The position numbers and the translations under genes are program-made. A stretch of 64,000 bases of DNA from Ranitomeya imitator (lineage: Eukaryota): positions 168,640,001 through 168,704,000 of the forward strand of contig NC_091283.1 in the NCBI RefSeq assembly GCF_032444005.1, read 5' to 3'. The first letter of the stretch is position 1, and each line of letters starts with the position of its first letter. Shown here in pieces: positions 24,390 to 36,968 of the stretch. Below the pieces are notes generated by a model. The model searched no databases, was not told the DNA's origin, and saw only the letters and a list, made by a program, of their open reading frames with translations.

Positions 24390-24605
24390 TGAGATGTGGC
24401 CCGGTGGAGGATGATGAGATGGAAGATCACAGAGAGGTCAGGAATATAGCAGAGGAACACGATGACCCCACGGAGAATATTCCCTCTATTGGGCCATTAC
24501 TTTCTTGTGAACCCTTTTCCACTAAAAGTCTGCAGATTTCTATTGATCGTAATTCTACCGCAAGTCTGCAGATTTCTTGCTCTGTCCCTCCCACAGCAAC
24601 GGCAG
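24390..24605 (+). CDS. Unassigned death-domain protein, exon 2 (acidic, Ser/Pro-rich)
   Basis: Strong acceptor ccttcctcctgcag, donor AG|gtaaga, open phase 1-1. Confidence 0.6.
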
Positions 24606-24867
24606 GTAAGAATAATAGTGTCCCAAAAGGGGCAATTTACAGGGATGACCCACCCTGAATATTCACCGATTTATAAATTGGGGGTGGGGTGTTAATAAAA
24701 AGTTTTTGTTATTGTCAGTTTTAATAATTCTACTTACCTCCCATTGCTATGGAATTGAATGCAATCTGTTGCTCCCTTTTATCCACCATTTCAGATTGGG
24801 CTCAACAACGTGCCCCTTGGCTGAGCGTCATCTTATAGACACATTCACAAGTTCATTTTCTTCTCAG

Positions 24868-24968
24868 ATTGTCGCTGGTCTCCGGACGTAATTTCTACCT
24901 TTCACAAGCTTCCCGCTTTGAATGAAGACATAGTTGCCACACTTAACTCTTTGCTCAGTTTATCAATG
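24868..24968 (+). CDS. Unassigned death-domain protein, exon 3 (DCRWSPD...EDIVATLNSLLSLSM)
   Basis: Strong acceptor ttttcttctcag, donor ATG|gtaggt. Confidence 0.55.
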
Positions 24969-25560
24969 GTAGGTGCCCCCTGTATCCTCCCGTCAGTGGC
25001 ACAATGCATGCTTATATATGGCAATCAGGACAGCTTTTTTGATACTGTGTTCTTTGTAATTAATGGCATCCATCTTTTCCCAGCCATGAACATTACATAC
25101 TCCCAATCCCCTAGTGTCGTCCTGCAGCTCATATTGGGGCTGTAGCCTTATGGGCTGGCAAGTAGCAGTCTGTGCTCATGGGCGCTCCCGGTCTTCTTGC
25201 ATTACATACATGACATGGTGTCTCAGTGGTAAGCATTCCTTTGCTCGGCCCTGACCAGCTTGTCTTTTTACTTTTGTACACTTTCCATGTGTGCACTATG
25301 GCTGTGACTTGCTGTAGCACAACGGTTTAGTGCCGTCACTTTGAAGTCTATGGTATCTTGCAACTAAGGACAGAAAATCCAGCACATTTAGAAACATTAG
25401 CAGTATGGCACAGGGCAACAGCACAGATCATTAGATACGATATCGTGATACAGTACCAGAATCTCACGTCACCGTGTATCATCTGGCCGCTAAACTAGAA
25501 GGGCTGCTAGTACTACAGAACTTTGTGTGCCGCCACACAGTCCTGGAGCACACGCTTTAG

Positions 25561-26275
25561 GCCGGGGTCACACTAGTGTATGGCATCAGATGTGATATGC
25601 TAGCGACCCTCGGCTCATGTGAAAGTGATCTGATTGTCAGTGCTCCGATTGTCTCACATGAAACAATCGCAGCACAGGTGTGGAGGAGACAAAGTCATTT
25701 CCCCATCTCCACTGCTGCTGGTGTCTGCTGTAATCACACTGCACTCATATGACATCCGAGTGCAGTGTATTGATGAGTGTGATCTGATTCTTGGATGCAA
25801 TCCCAGTAAGCTGAATTAGCATGAGAAAATAATCGCAGATCTGAGCTCCCACATAGTATAACACTGGGCCGAGTTCTAGGTGCTGTTTTAGCATTCGGCC
25901 GTATTATACACTTGTGTGACTCCGGCTAGGTTCACATTGCGTTAGGGCAATCCGTTAAGCGCATAGCACTAGCGGATTGCGCTAACGCAAGGTTTATTTT
26001 GGTGCCGCGTTCGCCGTCCCCGCTAGCGCAGATCCCCGATCTGCGCTAGCGAGGGACGCACCTCGGACGCTGCAAGCAGCGTCCGAGGTCCGTCACAAAA
26101 GAACGGCACATCGCTAGCGCGTGCTGAAAATGGCATGCGCTAGCGATGCGCTACAGGCAGAAATCACATTGCTGTCAATGGGTGCGCTAACGGACCCGTT
26201 GCACGGCGTTAATTGCGACATTTTCGCCGTGCACCGCAGTTAGCGTTAACCCATTAACGCAATGTGAACCTAGCC
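25561..26275. mobile_element. Two abutting MITEs (ggccggggtcacac family and taggttcacattgcg family)
   Basis: Two TIR pairs visible; the second family recurs at about 40886-41232. Confidence 0.7.
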
Positions 26276-26394
26276 TTAGTGTTTGCATCACGCCTATAAA
26301 TGCGACTCCGGGGACATAGCTCACTTTACAGAACATATTGCTGCAGTTTTCATGGCGCAGAATCAGTATCTGAGCTTATCACATTTGCCCACAG

Positions 26395-26554
26395 CCAAGA
26401 CAACCTCTAAACGTGAAGGATTTCTTAATGGATTTTCAGGATCATCCAGATAATTACAAACAACTGCGGACACTGGCGCAAAAGCTGAAGTCTCTGGGAC
26501 GAGAAGACGTGGTCAAGGCCATGCACAACGAGGGAGCCGTTCTGCGCTGGCTGG
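26395..26554 (+). CDS. Unassigned death-domain protein, exon 4 (PRQPLNVKDFL...LRTLAQKLKSLGREDVVKAM...LRWL)
   Basis: LxxLxxxLxxLGRxDVV resembles death-domain helices 5-6; cag|...G|gtgag, phase 0-1. Confidence 0.65.
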
Positions 26555-27183
26555 GTGAGATCTGCCACAAACAGCCCATTCTCTACAGGGGTCAATATAG
26601 CAATGTACCATTCACTGACATGTAACAATATGGCAGCCATGTCTCATTTGTAACATTGACATCCAGCTCTCATGATAAAATATCCATAGTATTGTAAGTC
26701 CACAGGGGTGCATGAGATAGGAGCTGTTTGTAGGCTCTCACACTGTAGGGAGCATTTAGCTGTCCTTGTGATGGGACCATTGTGAAAGAAAACCAGTCAT
26801 ACCTGAATGGTGAGATTTTCCCTGGACGCTAGATACAAATCAGCTTGATAATTGGCAGGTTGGCAAATTGTGTATGTGAAAAAAATAATGGACTATAATG
26901 TAGGCAGATCAGAAGGAATGTCATGGTCAGGTGAAGCTTATGGCACCAATTAGGCATTTTGCTCCCATTACCCTACGGTGAGCCTGGGCAGTAACAGTCC
27001 AGGAACAGCGGTGGGCTCAGCCATGTACAAATGTCTGTGCAAAGGTAATGAAAAGTGGCATGCAATTTACGTATATAAAATCCTTTATTCCAAATCATGG
27101 ATTATAATGGAGGCAGATCAGGAGGAATGCGTCTGGCCACTACGTGTGCATCGGTGTACAGCTCATGTATTGTCAGTCTGCAG

Positions 27184-27276
27184 GTCCGCTGTTACCAGAG
27201 GAGCATCTTGTGAGAGACATCGTCCCTTCCTTGTGGGTGCCACTTACAGTAAAGCTCAGCCTCTCTCATCCGAAAG
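27184..27276 (+). CDS. Unassigned death-domain protein, exon 5 (GPLLPEEHLVRDIVPSLWVPLTVKLSLSHPK)
   Basis: tctgcag|...AAG|gtaagg, phase 1-1. Confidence 0.7.
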
Positions 27277-27688
27277 GTAAGGCTCCGACACCAGCTTCTA
27301 TTCATGTGTCCTCAGGCCTCTCACATGTGGAGAGAACCGAGATCCTAGAACCTACGAGTTATCTCACAGGGCAGTCTCTTTCATGGAGACATCTTTTCAT
27401 GCCTGTTTGTAACGATCAGCGCCAATCTGGAGGTATTGCTGTTCCTGTCTTTCTACACCGGTGTATGTATGTATATATATATATATATATATGTATGTAG
27501 ATGGCTGGTAGAGGTGACTATAAGTTGTCAAAACACAACTGCATATCCTCCAGTAAGCTACTGCCCCACCACCAGGGAAGCCCAGGTGACACATTCCTAC
27601 CCCATGTTCCCTTCAGCTCCAACCTACATCTCGGATATGGAGTCTGCAGAATACACTATCCCCACGTAATCATATGTTCCTACCACAG

Positions 27689-27798
27689 GATATGACTGGA
27701 AATGGCTCGCAAATCAACTGTCTATCCCTTCTCATTTTATTGACCTATGGGAGCAACAAGGTGGACTGCCAGCTGAAAACGTCCTGAAGACCTGGCAG
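27689..27798 (+). CDS. Unassigned death-domain protein, exon 6 (GYDWKWLANQLSIPSHFIDLWEQQGGLPAENVLKTWQ)
   Basis: Fits the death-domain DWxxLAxxL...P...LxxW pattern; canonical sites, phase 1-0. Confidence 0.78.
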
Positions 27799-28318
27799 GT
27801 ACAAGATGTACATATGGTGACCATGTCTTATCCCCTCCTCAAGCTGAATAATCTGAGACTTGGGGTCCTGGAGGCGACAACTCCGATCACCCCATCAGAG
27901 GATATGGGGTCATGTGATGATGTGACCACCATCAATAAGTCTGTATTCAGATAATTTCGTGCGGGATGGGGTTGCAGTTTTTAAGCCAAAACCAAATGTG
28001 GATCCAGCAGGAAGACGTTTACATCCTTTCTTCATATTCCTATTGAATCCACTTCTGTCTCTGCCATAAAAACTGCAATACTTTCCAAAAATCAGTGTGT
28101 GAAACCACCGTAATCAGCTACGAGCTGCAGCAATACAGGGTCCTGGGCATGATACACCAGCTAATGAATCCTTAGCCTGCCCCATGGACCGCCATCACCT
28201 CCTTAATAGCACTGGTGAAACTACTACTCCCATCATCATATTGGGAGTTGGTGTCTTGTAGATCACTGGAGCGGTGCAGAATCAGCACCTTTGTGTAATG
28301 GCAGCCTTTCTTCCACAG

Positions 28319-28399
28319 GTGACGGTGAGTGAGGCCACGGTGGGACGACTCTTTGATCTGCTGATTGAGCACCGGGAGGATCTGGCAGCGATGCTATGA
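28319..28399 (+). CDS. Unassigned death-domain protein, last exon (VTVSEATVGRLFDLLIEHREDLAAML*)
   Basis: Strong acceptor ctttcttccacag; ATVGRLxxLL...R.D matches death-domain helices 5-6; AATAAA at 28445-28450. Confidence 0.78.
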   Translation: MTVSEATVGRLFDLLIEHREDLAAML

Positions 28400-28664
28400 T
28401 GTGCGGGGCATTGCCCTCTGTGCAGCAGAATGTCCTCTAATTATAATAAAAGAAATTATGTTAAAGTTATGGAGGAGCAGCTTTATTGAGGAACACATTG
28501 ATGAGAAAAGTAGCAGAATGTGGCACACGCAGGTCCGTGGTCGGCCATCTTAGCCCTGACGAGTTTCTGTGCTTGGTTAGGTTCTACAGTCCATACTGGA
28601 GCGGGATCCTCTGGATGGTGAGGGCAGGCCGTGTGTACAGATTACACACAGATCCTCTCCAACA

Positions 28665-28892
28665 CTACAGGCCAGTGAAGAAGCCATTCTGAGAAGGGTC
28701 AGTCCTATCTGTCCGACTTGATTTAACCCCTTTCCCAGGGACAGGGGTTGTGGAGTATTTTGGAGGGTAACGTATGAACAGACGATCTTCCTCCCTTTTG
28801 ATCCAGCGGAGCAGCTTGGTTATGACATTTATTGCACCCACCTTAGTCACTAAAGAGCTGAACGCCGTGTAGAGCTCAAACTTACTGGTGAC
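28665..28892 (-). CDS. MON1B: Vacuolar fusion protein MON1 homolog B, last exon
   Basis: VTSKFELY...KLLRWIKREEDRLFIRYPPKYST...NGFFTGL* matches the MON1B C-terminus. Confidence 0.95.
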   Translation of the reverse strand, partial: VTSKFELYTAFSSLVTKVGAINVITKLLRWIKREEDRLFIRYPPKYSTTPVPGKGVKSSRTDRTDPSQNGFFTGL

Positions 28893-29148
28893 CTGCGGAG
28901 GGGACGACAAAAGGAACCCAATTATGTCCTGCATTGCATCTGGAGCACACGCATCGCCCCTGAGCACACGCATCGCCCCTGAGCACAGATACCTAGTCAG
29001 ACATGGAATAAAGGCCACTGCCATACTATATAATGATGGGACATTCTTGCTGTTGATGTTTTTGGTTTTCTATCTCGAACACAGTCCAATACCTTATGGC
29101 CATAAACAGTTTTTTATCCACAGAGTTAGTCAATTTTCAGATTCTTAA

Positions 29149-30050
29149 CCCCTTAACCACCGGGCCATTTTTCGCTCCCCTTCTTCCCAGAGCCATAACT
29201 TTTTTTATTTTTCCGTCAATATGGCCATATGAGTCCTTGTTTTTTGGGGGGACGAGTTGTACTTTTGAACGACACCATTGATTTTATCATATAGTGTACT
29301 GGAAACGGAAAAAAATTCCATGTGCGGTTAAATTACAAAAAAAAAGTACAATTCCACAATTGCTTTTTTTTTTTTTTTTACCATGTTCACTAAATGCTAA
29401 AACTAACCGTCCATTATGATTCTCCGAGTCATTACGAGTTCACAGACATGTTTGCTAATTTTTTTCTCGGTACGCCATTTACTGTTCGGATTATTTTTAT
29501 ATTTTGATAGATTTGGTATCTTTGCATTCAGAACCGTCCAATTTGTATTTTTTATATATTTTTTAATGTTTTATTTTGAATGGGCAAATGGAGGGCGATT
29601 TGAACTTTTATATTCTTTCATACTTTTTTTTTTTTTTACCTGCTTCAATAGTCTTCTTAGGAGACTTGAAGCTGCGATCTTCTGATGGCTAGTGCTACGC
29701 AGAGCAGAGCTTCAGCCCTGCTATGTGTAGCAAATATCATCATCCGCTATGAAGGCCGGCCACTGGAGAAGCGCTCGTAGCAGATTGGCAGTGACAACCG
29801 CAGGGGTCTCCTGCAGACCTCCTGTTGTCATGTCGACCCATCAACGCACTGCGATCATGTGACAGGGGCGCCGATGGGCGGGGTTAGTGACGCGCTTCCA
29901 GTGCGATCATGTTAAATGTCAAACTCTGACAGTGGCATTTAACAAGTTAACATCCGCGGATGAATGACAATTCCACCCACGGCTATTAGGGGCACATATC
30001 AGTTGATCAGATCAGCCGTCATGTGCTGGAAAAGATGTGGGTTCAGCGCA
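29149..30050. mobile_element. Partial TTAA|CCC-type (piggyBac-like) non-autonomous element
   Basis: Starts ttaaccccttaaccacc; right boundary not resolved. Confidence 0.45.
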
Positions 30051-30344
30051 GGAGTGCTGAATTTCAGTAGCCAATCCATTTATTCCCAGGAAAAATAAGC
30101 CACCGCCCAAACTTTGGTCATCAGCTAGCGTATGTCCGGCTTCCGTGTGCTACTGTCATATAAGAATGCAATCAGTATGGTCTATATTACAGGAGACAGA
30201 AGAGCTACATGCCACTCAGGACAACTGTCCAATGCTTTACACAGCCTCAGGGTTGGGACAGATTATACTGTGACATCTCCAGTAACGTCTAGGAATCCCG
30301 CAGGTGCACAACCCTACATCCTAAGCACAGACATATAGTATCAC

Positions 30345-30492
30345 CCAGGCTAGCAGCGTCTCCTTCTCTGCCACATGGTAAATGAGCCGTAAGGGTCTGG
30401 CTGAGCTGTGGATGCGGCAGTGCAGGTACCGGTACAGATCAAAGAGCCGCTGTCTTTCCTCCTCACTGGTGTACGGGCCGTCGGGTTCAGGG
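30345..30492 (-). CDS. MON1B: MON1B coding exon 4 (PEPDGPY...RPLRLIYHVAEKETLLAW)
   Basis: 148 nt, canonical sites, phase 2-0. Confidence 0.93.
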
Positions 30493-30814
30493 CTGCAGAG
30501 TGACAGATGACAGATGTTACATCATAACATGGAGTTATTCCAGTGATGATATTAAAATCAATGCTAAATCTTAGGTAAATATGAGCACATGGGTGTACAT
30601 CTATGATTTCATGGCCTGCAGGGCAAAATTATGCATCTGAGCTCTGATGCGCTGTGTGCAACTTTCTATTACAGTGCGACCCTTTCCAATTGTCAGAAAG
30701 CTGCAGGACGGCAACATTTCCAAATTTTGGTTTGTCACCTTCTGATAATGCTAATCTGTATGTTGCACATAATGTTATTTTACAAATTTACATCTATATC
30801 CTTACAAAAAGTAC

Positions 30815-31613
30815 CTGGTAAATTGTGGAAGCTGTTGGTAGGTTTCAGGGATGTCAAGGGGCTTGTACACAAAATGTAAGAGCTCTGGGACCCCTACAAG
30901 AGAGGCACTATATGAGCGGCAGCGGAGGGCCCCAGCCAATGTCTGCAGAGAGTTCTGTGCTTCCATGGCCTCCTGGATCTTTCTCTTACAGCCAGACACT
31001 GCGTAGAAAGACTCTTTATCCGTGGATAGGAGCACCAAACACACTGTGCAGTTGGGGTCCAAATATGAGATGTAAGCATAAAAATAGCCATCGGGGTTAA
31101 AGCGTGGAAGGCAAATAGGAGTCCAGATCTCACCTGCCTGAAAGGCAGAAGAGGCTCCGATAAGGTTCAGCAGCAGCTGGAGGTCTGCAGGGTCCAGACG
31201 GCAATCCTCAATCACTGCCCGCTCCTGCACCACAGTCACAAGCTGCTGCTCTGCCACTAAGATGGAGAACACTAAATTGGGAGTGATGGCTTTAGTTAGA
31301 ATGGAGCTCAGGGAGTCCCGCAGCGGGCTTGGCAAGGCCACGCACCGTACTGCCCCAAGGAGGAAGCCAGGGTCAGTATCCAGCAAGTCCAATAGGCTAT
31401 CCAGGATCTTTTCAGAGCCGGTGAGAAGACGCCGCAAATCGTAATTCTTCTTGCGCTCAAATATTCGAGCCACACTTGCCTGTGTGAGCATGCTGATTAT
31501 CTGGTAGTAAACGTACTGCAGCTCCTTTCTCAGCTGCTCCTCTGACTGAGGGGCCCGCGACACAGACACTAACACCAAGGGGCCCTGCTGCAGGAACACC
31601 ACTTTCTGCTTGT
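30815..31613 (-). CDS. MON1B: MON1B coding exon 3 (longin domains)
   Basis: FLQQGPL, NYDLRRLL, RLDPADLQLLL, CLPRFNPDG and KPLDIP...QLPQFT motifs; 799 nt. Confidence 0.95.
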
Positions 31614-31639
31614 CTGTGAAAAAAAACAGAGCAACAATC

Positions 31640-32975
31640 AGCATTGCAGCTTCACAAATACCCTCCCAATAGCCACCATTACATAACAATAGCCATCAGA
31701 CCCCAAAACCAGACATTACTTTACCAAACAAGGCAAGTCTTTGTTGTCCGACCACCACAACCCCTTTGTATACCAGACCAATGCCCAAACACCATAACCT
31801 CCCTATCCAACATCACTGAAGGAGAACTTGCTCATCTTCTCTCCAAATCACACCTCACCACTTGTGCACGTGACCCCATCCCATCCCACCTCCTTCCCAA
31901 CCTCACCACCACACTAATCCCATCCCTAACCCATCTCTTCAACCTATCACTAACTTAAGATACCGTCCCCTCTGCATTCAAACATGCAACAGTCACACCT
32001 ATCCTCAAAAAGCGCTCTCTTGACCCGAGCGCTATGTCTAGCTATCGCCCTATATCTTTGCTCCCAAACTCCTTGAGCAGCACGTCCATGCTGAACTTTC
32101 CTCTCACTCTGCATCTAATTCACTCAACAACCTACAATCTGGCTTCTGTCCCCACCATTCCACTGAGACTGCCCTGACCAAACTTTCTAACGACTCACAG
32201 CCAAAGCTAACTAACAATTCTCTATACTCCTCCTTCTTGACCTGTCCTCTGCCTTCGACACAGTTGACCACTGCCTCCTACTACAGATCCTCTCTTCCTT
32301 TGGTGTAAAAAATCTCACCCTATCCTGGATCTCTTCATACCTTTCCAACCGCACATTTAGCGTTTTCTACTCCCATACTACCTCTTCATCTCGCCCTCTC
32401 TCTGTTGGTGTCCCTCAAGGCTCTGTCCTTGGACCCTTACTCTTCTCAATCTATACATTTAGCCTGGGACAACTCAAAGTCCAATGGCTTCCAGTACCAT
32501 CTATATGCTGATGACACTCAGATCTACCTCTCTGGTCCAAACGTCACCTCTCTCCTGTCCAGAATCCCGGAGTGTCTATCAGCCATATCCTCGTTCATCT
32601 CCTCTCGCTTCCTCAAGCTCAATGTGGGCAAATCTGAAATAATTATCTTTCCTTCATCTCACATATCTTCCCTACCTGATCTATCACAATCTATCCACCA
32701 CATTTGGATCCTTCAGACGGAACCTGAAAACCCATCTCTTCAAAAAAGCTTACAACCTGTAATGACCACGCGGCCACCTCAACACCTACTGCAACCCCGA
32801 CCTACTGTCTCCTTCCCCATAATCCTGTAGAATTTAAGCCCACAAGGGCAGGGTCCTCTCCCCTCTGTACCAGTCTGCCACTGTTAGTTTTGTTTACTGT
32901 GATATTTGTATTTTGATTTAACCCCATCTAGTGTACCATGGAATTAATGTGCTATATAAATAATAATAATAACAA
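31640..32975 (+). mobile_element. L2 LINE fragment (degraded RT)
   Basis: [21 protein letters not shown] and YADDTQIY motifs; (taa)n tail near 32970. Confidence 0.85.
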
Positions 32976-33010
32976 CTTTACATCATAGATCACATAAAAC
33001 TGTCACGTAC

Positions 33011-33937
33011 CAGAATGGATGGAGCGGATGGCGTTATTTCCACTCTGAACAAAACTGACCAGCGCCATCATTACTCCCATGGTGGAGGACAGGGCCTCCT
33101 CATTGCCATAGCGGGAGTAAATCGGCTTTCCTGCCTCGCTCAGGACAAACACGTGCTTCCGTTTTGTGCGCCAACTCTCTGCGGTCACGTCCTCCTCTCG
33201 CTGAACAGGGGTAGTAGGTGGAGACGCATCTGACGTCACTCCTGCCACCACTGAGGAGACACCAGGAAAATCCCCAGAGTCATCCAACACATTATCTGTT
33301 AGTCCCTTGTGCTCATCATCATGGTCACCAGCATCTGTAGATTGTCCAGGGTCGGCAACCACAAGATCACTTAGTTTGGTCTCATCCGCAGAAGCCTCTG
33401 TATTGTTATACTTGAGGCTCTTTTTGTGTGTCTGCCCAGTGTCATTGCATTCTGTTGATTCTTTGCATGACGGTTCTTCACCAATAGTTTGCAGGGCCTG
33501 TGGTGGCTGGCTGCCGTCATATACCATGCCACCATTCTCGCCTTCTACATCTTCTGCAGCCGACATACAGCCTTGCTGTAAACAGTCACGTATATCTAAT
33601 CCCCCCACCTCATTTACAGTAGCAGTGTCATGGTCCACCACATTCAAGGTTTCTGGTACTTCCATTAAGCCCATGGAAACTTGTCCTGTCTCTTCTGCAG
33701 TTCCCCTGGTGCTGTCCTCCAGAGAACCCTCAGAGCATTGTGTATCGGTGACATCCATGCCCTCCTGTAAGGGACCACGGTGGGGATCGTCTCTGGGAAA
33801 ATGTGACAGAACAGATGCATCATGAGGACATCCCTCATCTGAGCTCTTTGGCCGTGTGTCCAAGGGCTGGACATCGAGTGGTGACGGTAAAGTTTGAGGG
33901 TCATCGCTGGTCTCATTTTCTGTTTGATCCAGGAGAT
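33011..33937 (-). CDS. MON1B: MON1B coding exon 2 (long acidic region plus [23 protein letters not shown])
   Basis: 927-nt open phase 1-1 exon with poly-T acceptor; conserved MON1 motif. Confidence 0.93.
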
Positions 33938-36618
33938 CTGTGGGAGAAAAAAAAAACTTGGTTAATTACAATTGGCCCAGACCAAACTATATGAAACCAG
34001 AAGAATACAGGCCCTTAGTAGCAGGGAGCCAGGATCTAGAGGGAAGAAGTGGGACATACATATCTGCATGCGATTTCCCATCCAGAGGAGGTTAAGACTC
34101 TGGTCATATCAGCGTAAGAGGCTCTGACCGGTAGGGTCACGTGACTTTTTCTTAGCCGAATTTAGCACAAGTCCGCTTCAAAACTGCCTGTAAAAAGCAC
34201 TCAGAAACTGTTCCAAAAAATCCTATTCATTTATATGTAAAGACATCTTGCTGTTCACACGTTTCTTAGCATCCTTTAACCGGCACAGGTTTCCAAAAAC
34301 GCCAAGCGGTTAAAATGATTCATCTGACCATTCTTCAGGCATCTTCCACTTGGAAGAAGCTTTATACTTTACAATTGAAAGGAATGGGAAGGCAAAAAAG
34401 AACACCCAGAAGACTCCAGGACGACTTTTGAAGTGAACTTTGAGCGTCTCCGAGAACAAAATGCTTGTGGTTTACTCACTGCCTAACAGACTACAATAAT
34501 CACCTACAATCTGCCCCACAAAAAAACACTTACAAAGCTCAACAGGTAACGAAGAGAAAAAAAAATGCACAAAAAGATGCTTCAAGAAAGAAAAGAATTG
34601 TGAAAATGCCGGCGTTTCTGTATCAGCTTCCGTCTGAAAACCTTGTCTGCTTTGCTTGCCTGAAAAGAATGTCATGTGAACACAGCCTTAGAAAGCTCAG
34701 CTGCGGACTCTGATGCTTTCCATAGAGAAGATATCACTGCATGCAGCAGTACGTTCCTGTCAAGTGAAACCGAATACAATCAGGTCAACGGGGTCCTCCG
34801 TATACCGCGGGTCCGTATACCGTGGGTCCGAGATGGATCAGTTACAGTATTTCGGCTTCAGGAAACCACTATGCAGACATGAACAGCGCATAGGACAAAG
34901 TATTAGAAAGCTGCAGTCCGTCTACAGCCCAGTGGTCAGCACCAATGTCTAAACCTTCCGTCTACTAAGGAAATATTGGGAAATATTCTGTTTTAGAGAA
35001 GTTCCTCCACAGCAGTGCAAATGTGTTTGGCCTTGGAATCCTGTCCCTGCACAGAGGGTGGTGTGACCTCTGATGAGCCCTGGCCTCCAGTCCAGGCGGT
35101 GCTCTGTGTTCCCACCCTCTCCTACTTATTGGGGGTCTGCTCTGTACTCTTGGTGCCAGGCCTGCTCTCGGCGTTTTCAGTACTTTATCTATTTTCAGCC
35201 TCAAAAAAATTAAAGACTATGAAGAGTCTAACAGAATAAGGGTCTCATTCAGATGTCAGTGACATCCGCAATGCCCGGACTGGCTGTGGCTCTCCTGGAC
35301 GCAGTATGACGGCTTCGTGTCTTGCTATGAGGTGGTCATGCTCAGGTTGGGAGATCGTGCAATAGTGATCCGAGCTCAGACAGATTTGCATGAATGATAT
35401 TCATGAGTCTTACTCGGACGCTGCAGAGTCACAGGACTTATGTCATAATGAGGTGGCAGATGAATGGAAGCAGGGCCCCTATTATGGTTGGCAGATGCCC
35501 CTCGCCATGCGATCTTGGGGAACTGATGGGTTGTCATGGCTGTGCCTAATGAAGGCCCCTGTAAATGCCATCTTTGGCAATCAATGAAACAATGGCAGGT
35601 TCAAGTCCCTTTAAGGAGTCTAAAGAATAAAGCAAATACACTGAATACGATTTGTTAAAAATATGAGAAAATATTAAAAAAAAAAAAAATTAAATCACCC
35701 TTCCAAACATATTTGGAATTGCCATGACTGTAAAATTTTGATCAATCAAGATATAAAATTATTTTAACCATATGTTAAATGCAGAGAAATAGTTGAAACG
35801 CAAGAATGGATTTTATTCGATCACTGCACTCCCCACAAAAAAACAGCTTTAAAAAGATCAAAACGGCGCATTTACGCCAAAATGGTATTAATAAAAGTGT
35901 AAGCTCAGGTAGTAAGAAACAATTTCACACAGCTCCATTGGTGGAAAAATACAAGCCATTATGGGTTATAATTAGGGGCACCTGGATGGCTGTGACTAGC
36001 ACCAGGCCACATGTTAACTGGTCAGTCAGCTGGGGGAGCTGAGCAGAGCGGATTTGTGTTGGAGCTGACGAGACAAGCCAGAATCTCGATGAGAAGAGTC
36101 TCCGCAGGCCGTGTACACCAAGCTTTGAGTATCACTGCTCACGATGGACGACAGCTGTTTTGTGTGACCAGATTGGAATTATCTCAGCCGTGTGTGAGAA
36201 GCCAGGGTCTGTAGGTTTATTTATTGTTTGGACAAGGCTAGAGTTTTTATGCTGCCAGGTCATTTTTACTGCATAATGAATGCAACAAAACCCACAAACC
36301 AATGCCAGAATTGTGCGTGTGTGAGGGGTTTGCATCATTTTACTGAACTTGGGAATTTTTGTCCTCCCTCTCATAGTACATTACTTAAGAAAGTGAAACT
36401 TCAACTTGTTCCACAAAAAAGAAGCCCTCCTACGGCTATCTTGGGGGACAGATTAAAAAAAAAGACAACTTCTGGCTTGAGAAAAAAGTTAAGAAAAAAA
36501 GTGAAAGCAGGGGGCTAATATTCTGCTGCAGGAGGTGAATCTGGTGACCCCTACAGACCTAAGACACCACTGGTTTCTGTCTATTTGGGGGGGTTCTCCT
36601 TACATTCACTCCAGTAAT

Positions 36619-36810
36619 GTCCTACAATCCGCCCCTGAACACGGGGACACGTCCTACAATCCGCCCCTGAACACGGGGACACGTCCTACAATCCGCCCCT
36701 GAACACGGGGACACGTCCTACAATCCGCCCCTGAACACGGGGACACGTCCTACAATCCGCCCCTGAACACGGGGACACGTCCTACAATCCGCCCCTGAAC
36801 ACGGGGACAT
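36619..36810. repeat. Six near-perfect 32-bp tandem copies (gtcctacaatccgcccctgaacacggggacac)
   Basis: Read directly from the sequence. Confidence 0.95.
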
Positions 36811-36968
36811 GTACGACATAAACACAGGATGACCTGACGAACAGTACTGTGGCAAGAAGGAGCCGACTAGATCCCGGCGGCAGCTCTGCTTAGAACGTGC
36901 ACAGTTTTTACTACATTTCACCCCATCCCTCCCTGTGAGCCCAATGATGTGACCCTCTCATTACTCAC

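Noticed and set aside
25455-25530. VYHLAAKL segment as the missing death-domain exon
   Set aside because: Poor polypyrimidine tract and weak donor; cannot be supported without transcripts.
27436-27695. ORFs around the (TA)n microsatellite as a terminal exon
   Set aside because: The phase-1 reading stops immediately; the 27689 acceptor gives the death-domain frame instead.
34060-34120. Alternative MON1B first coding exon (MGNRMQI)
   Set aside because: No clear acceptor or promoter context; the 36969-37081 exon has better sites.
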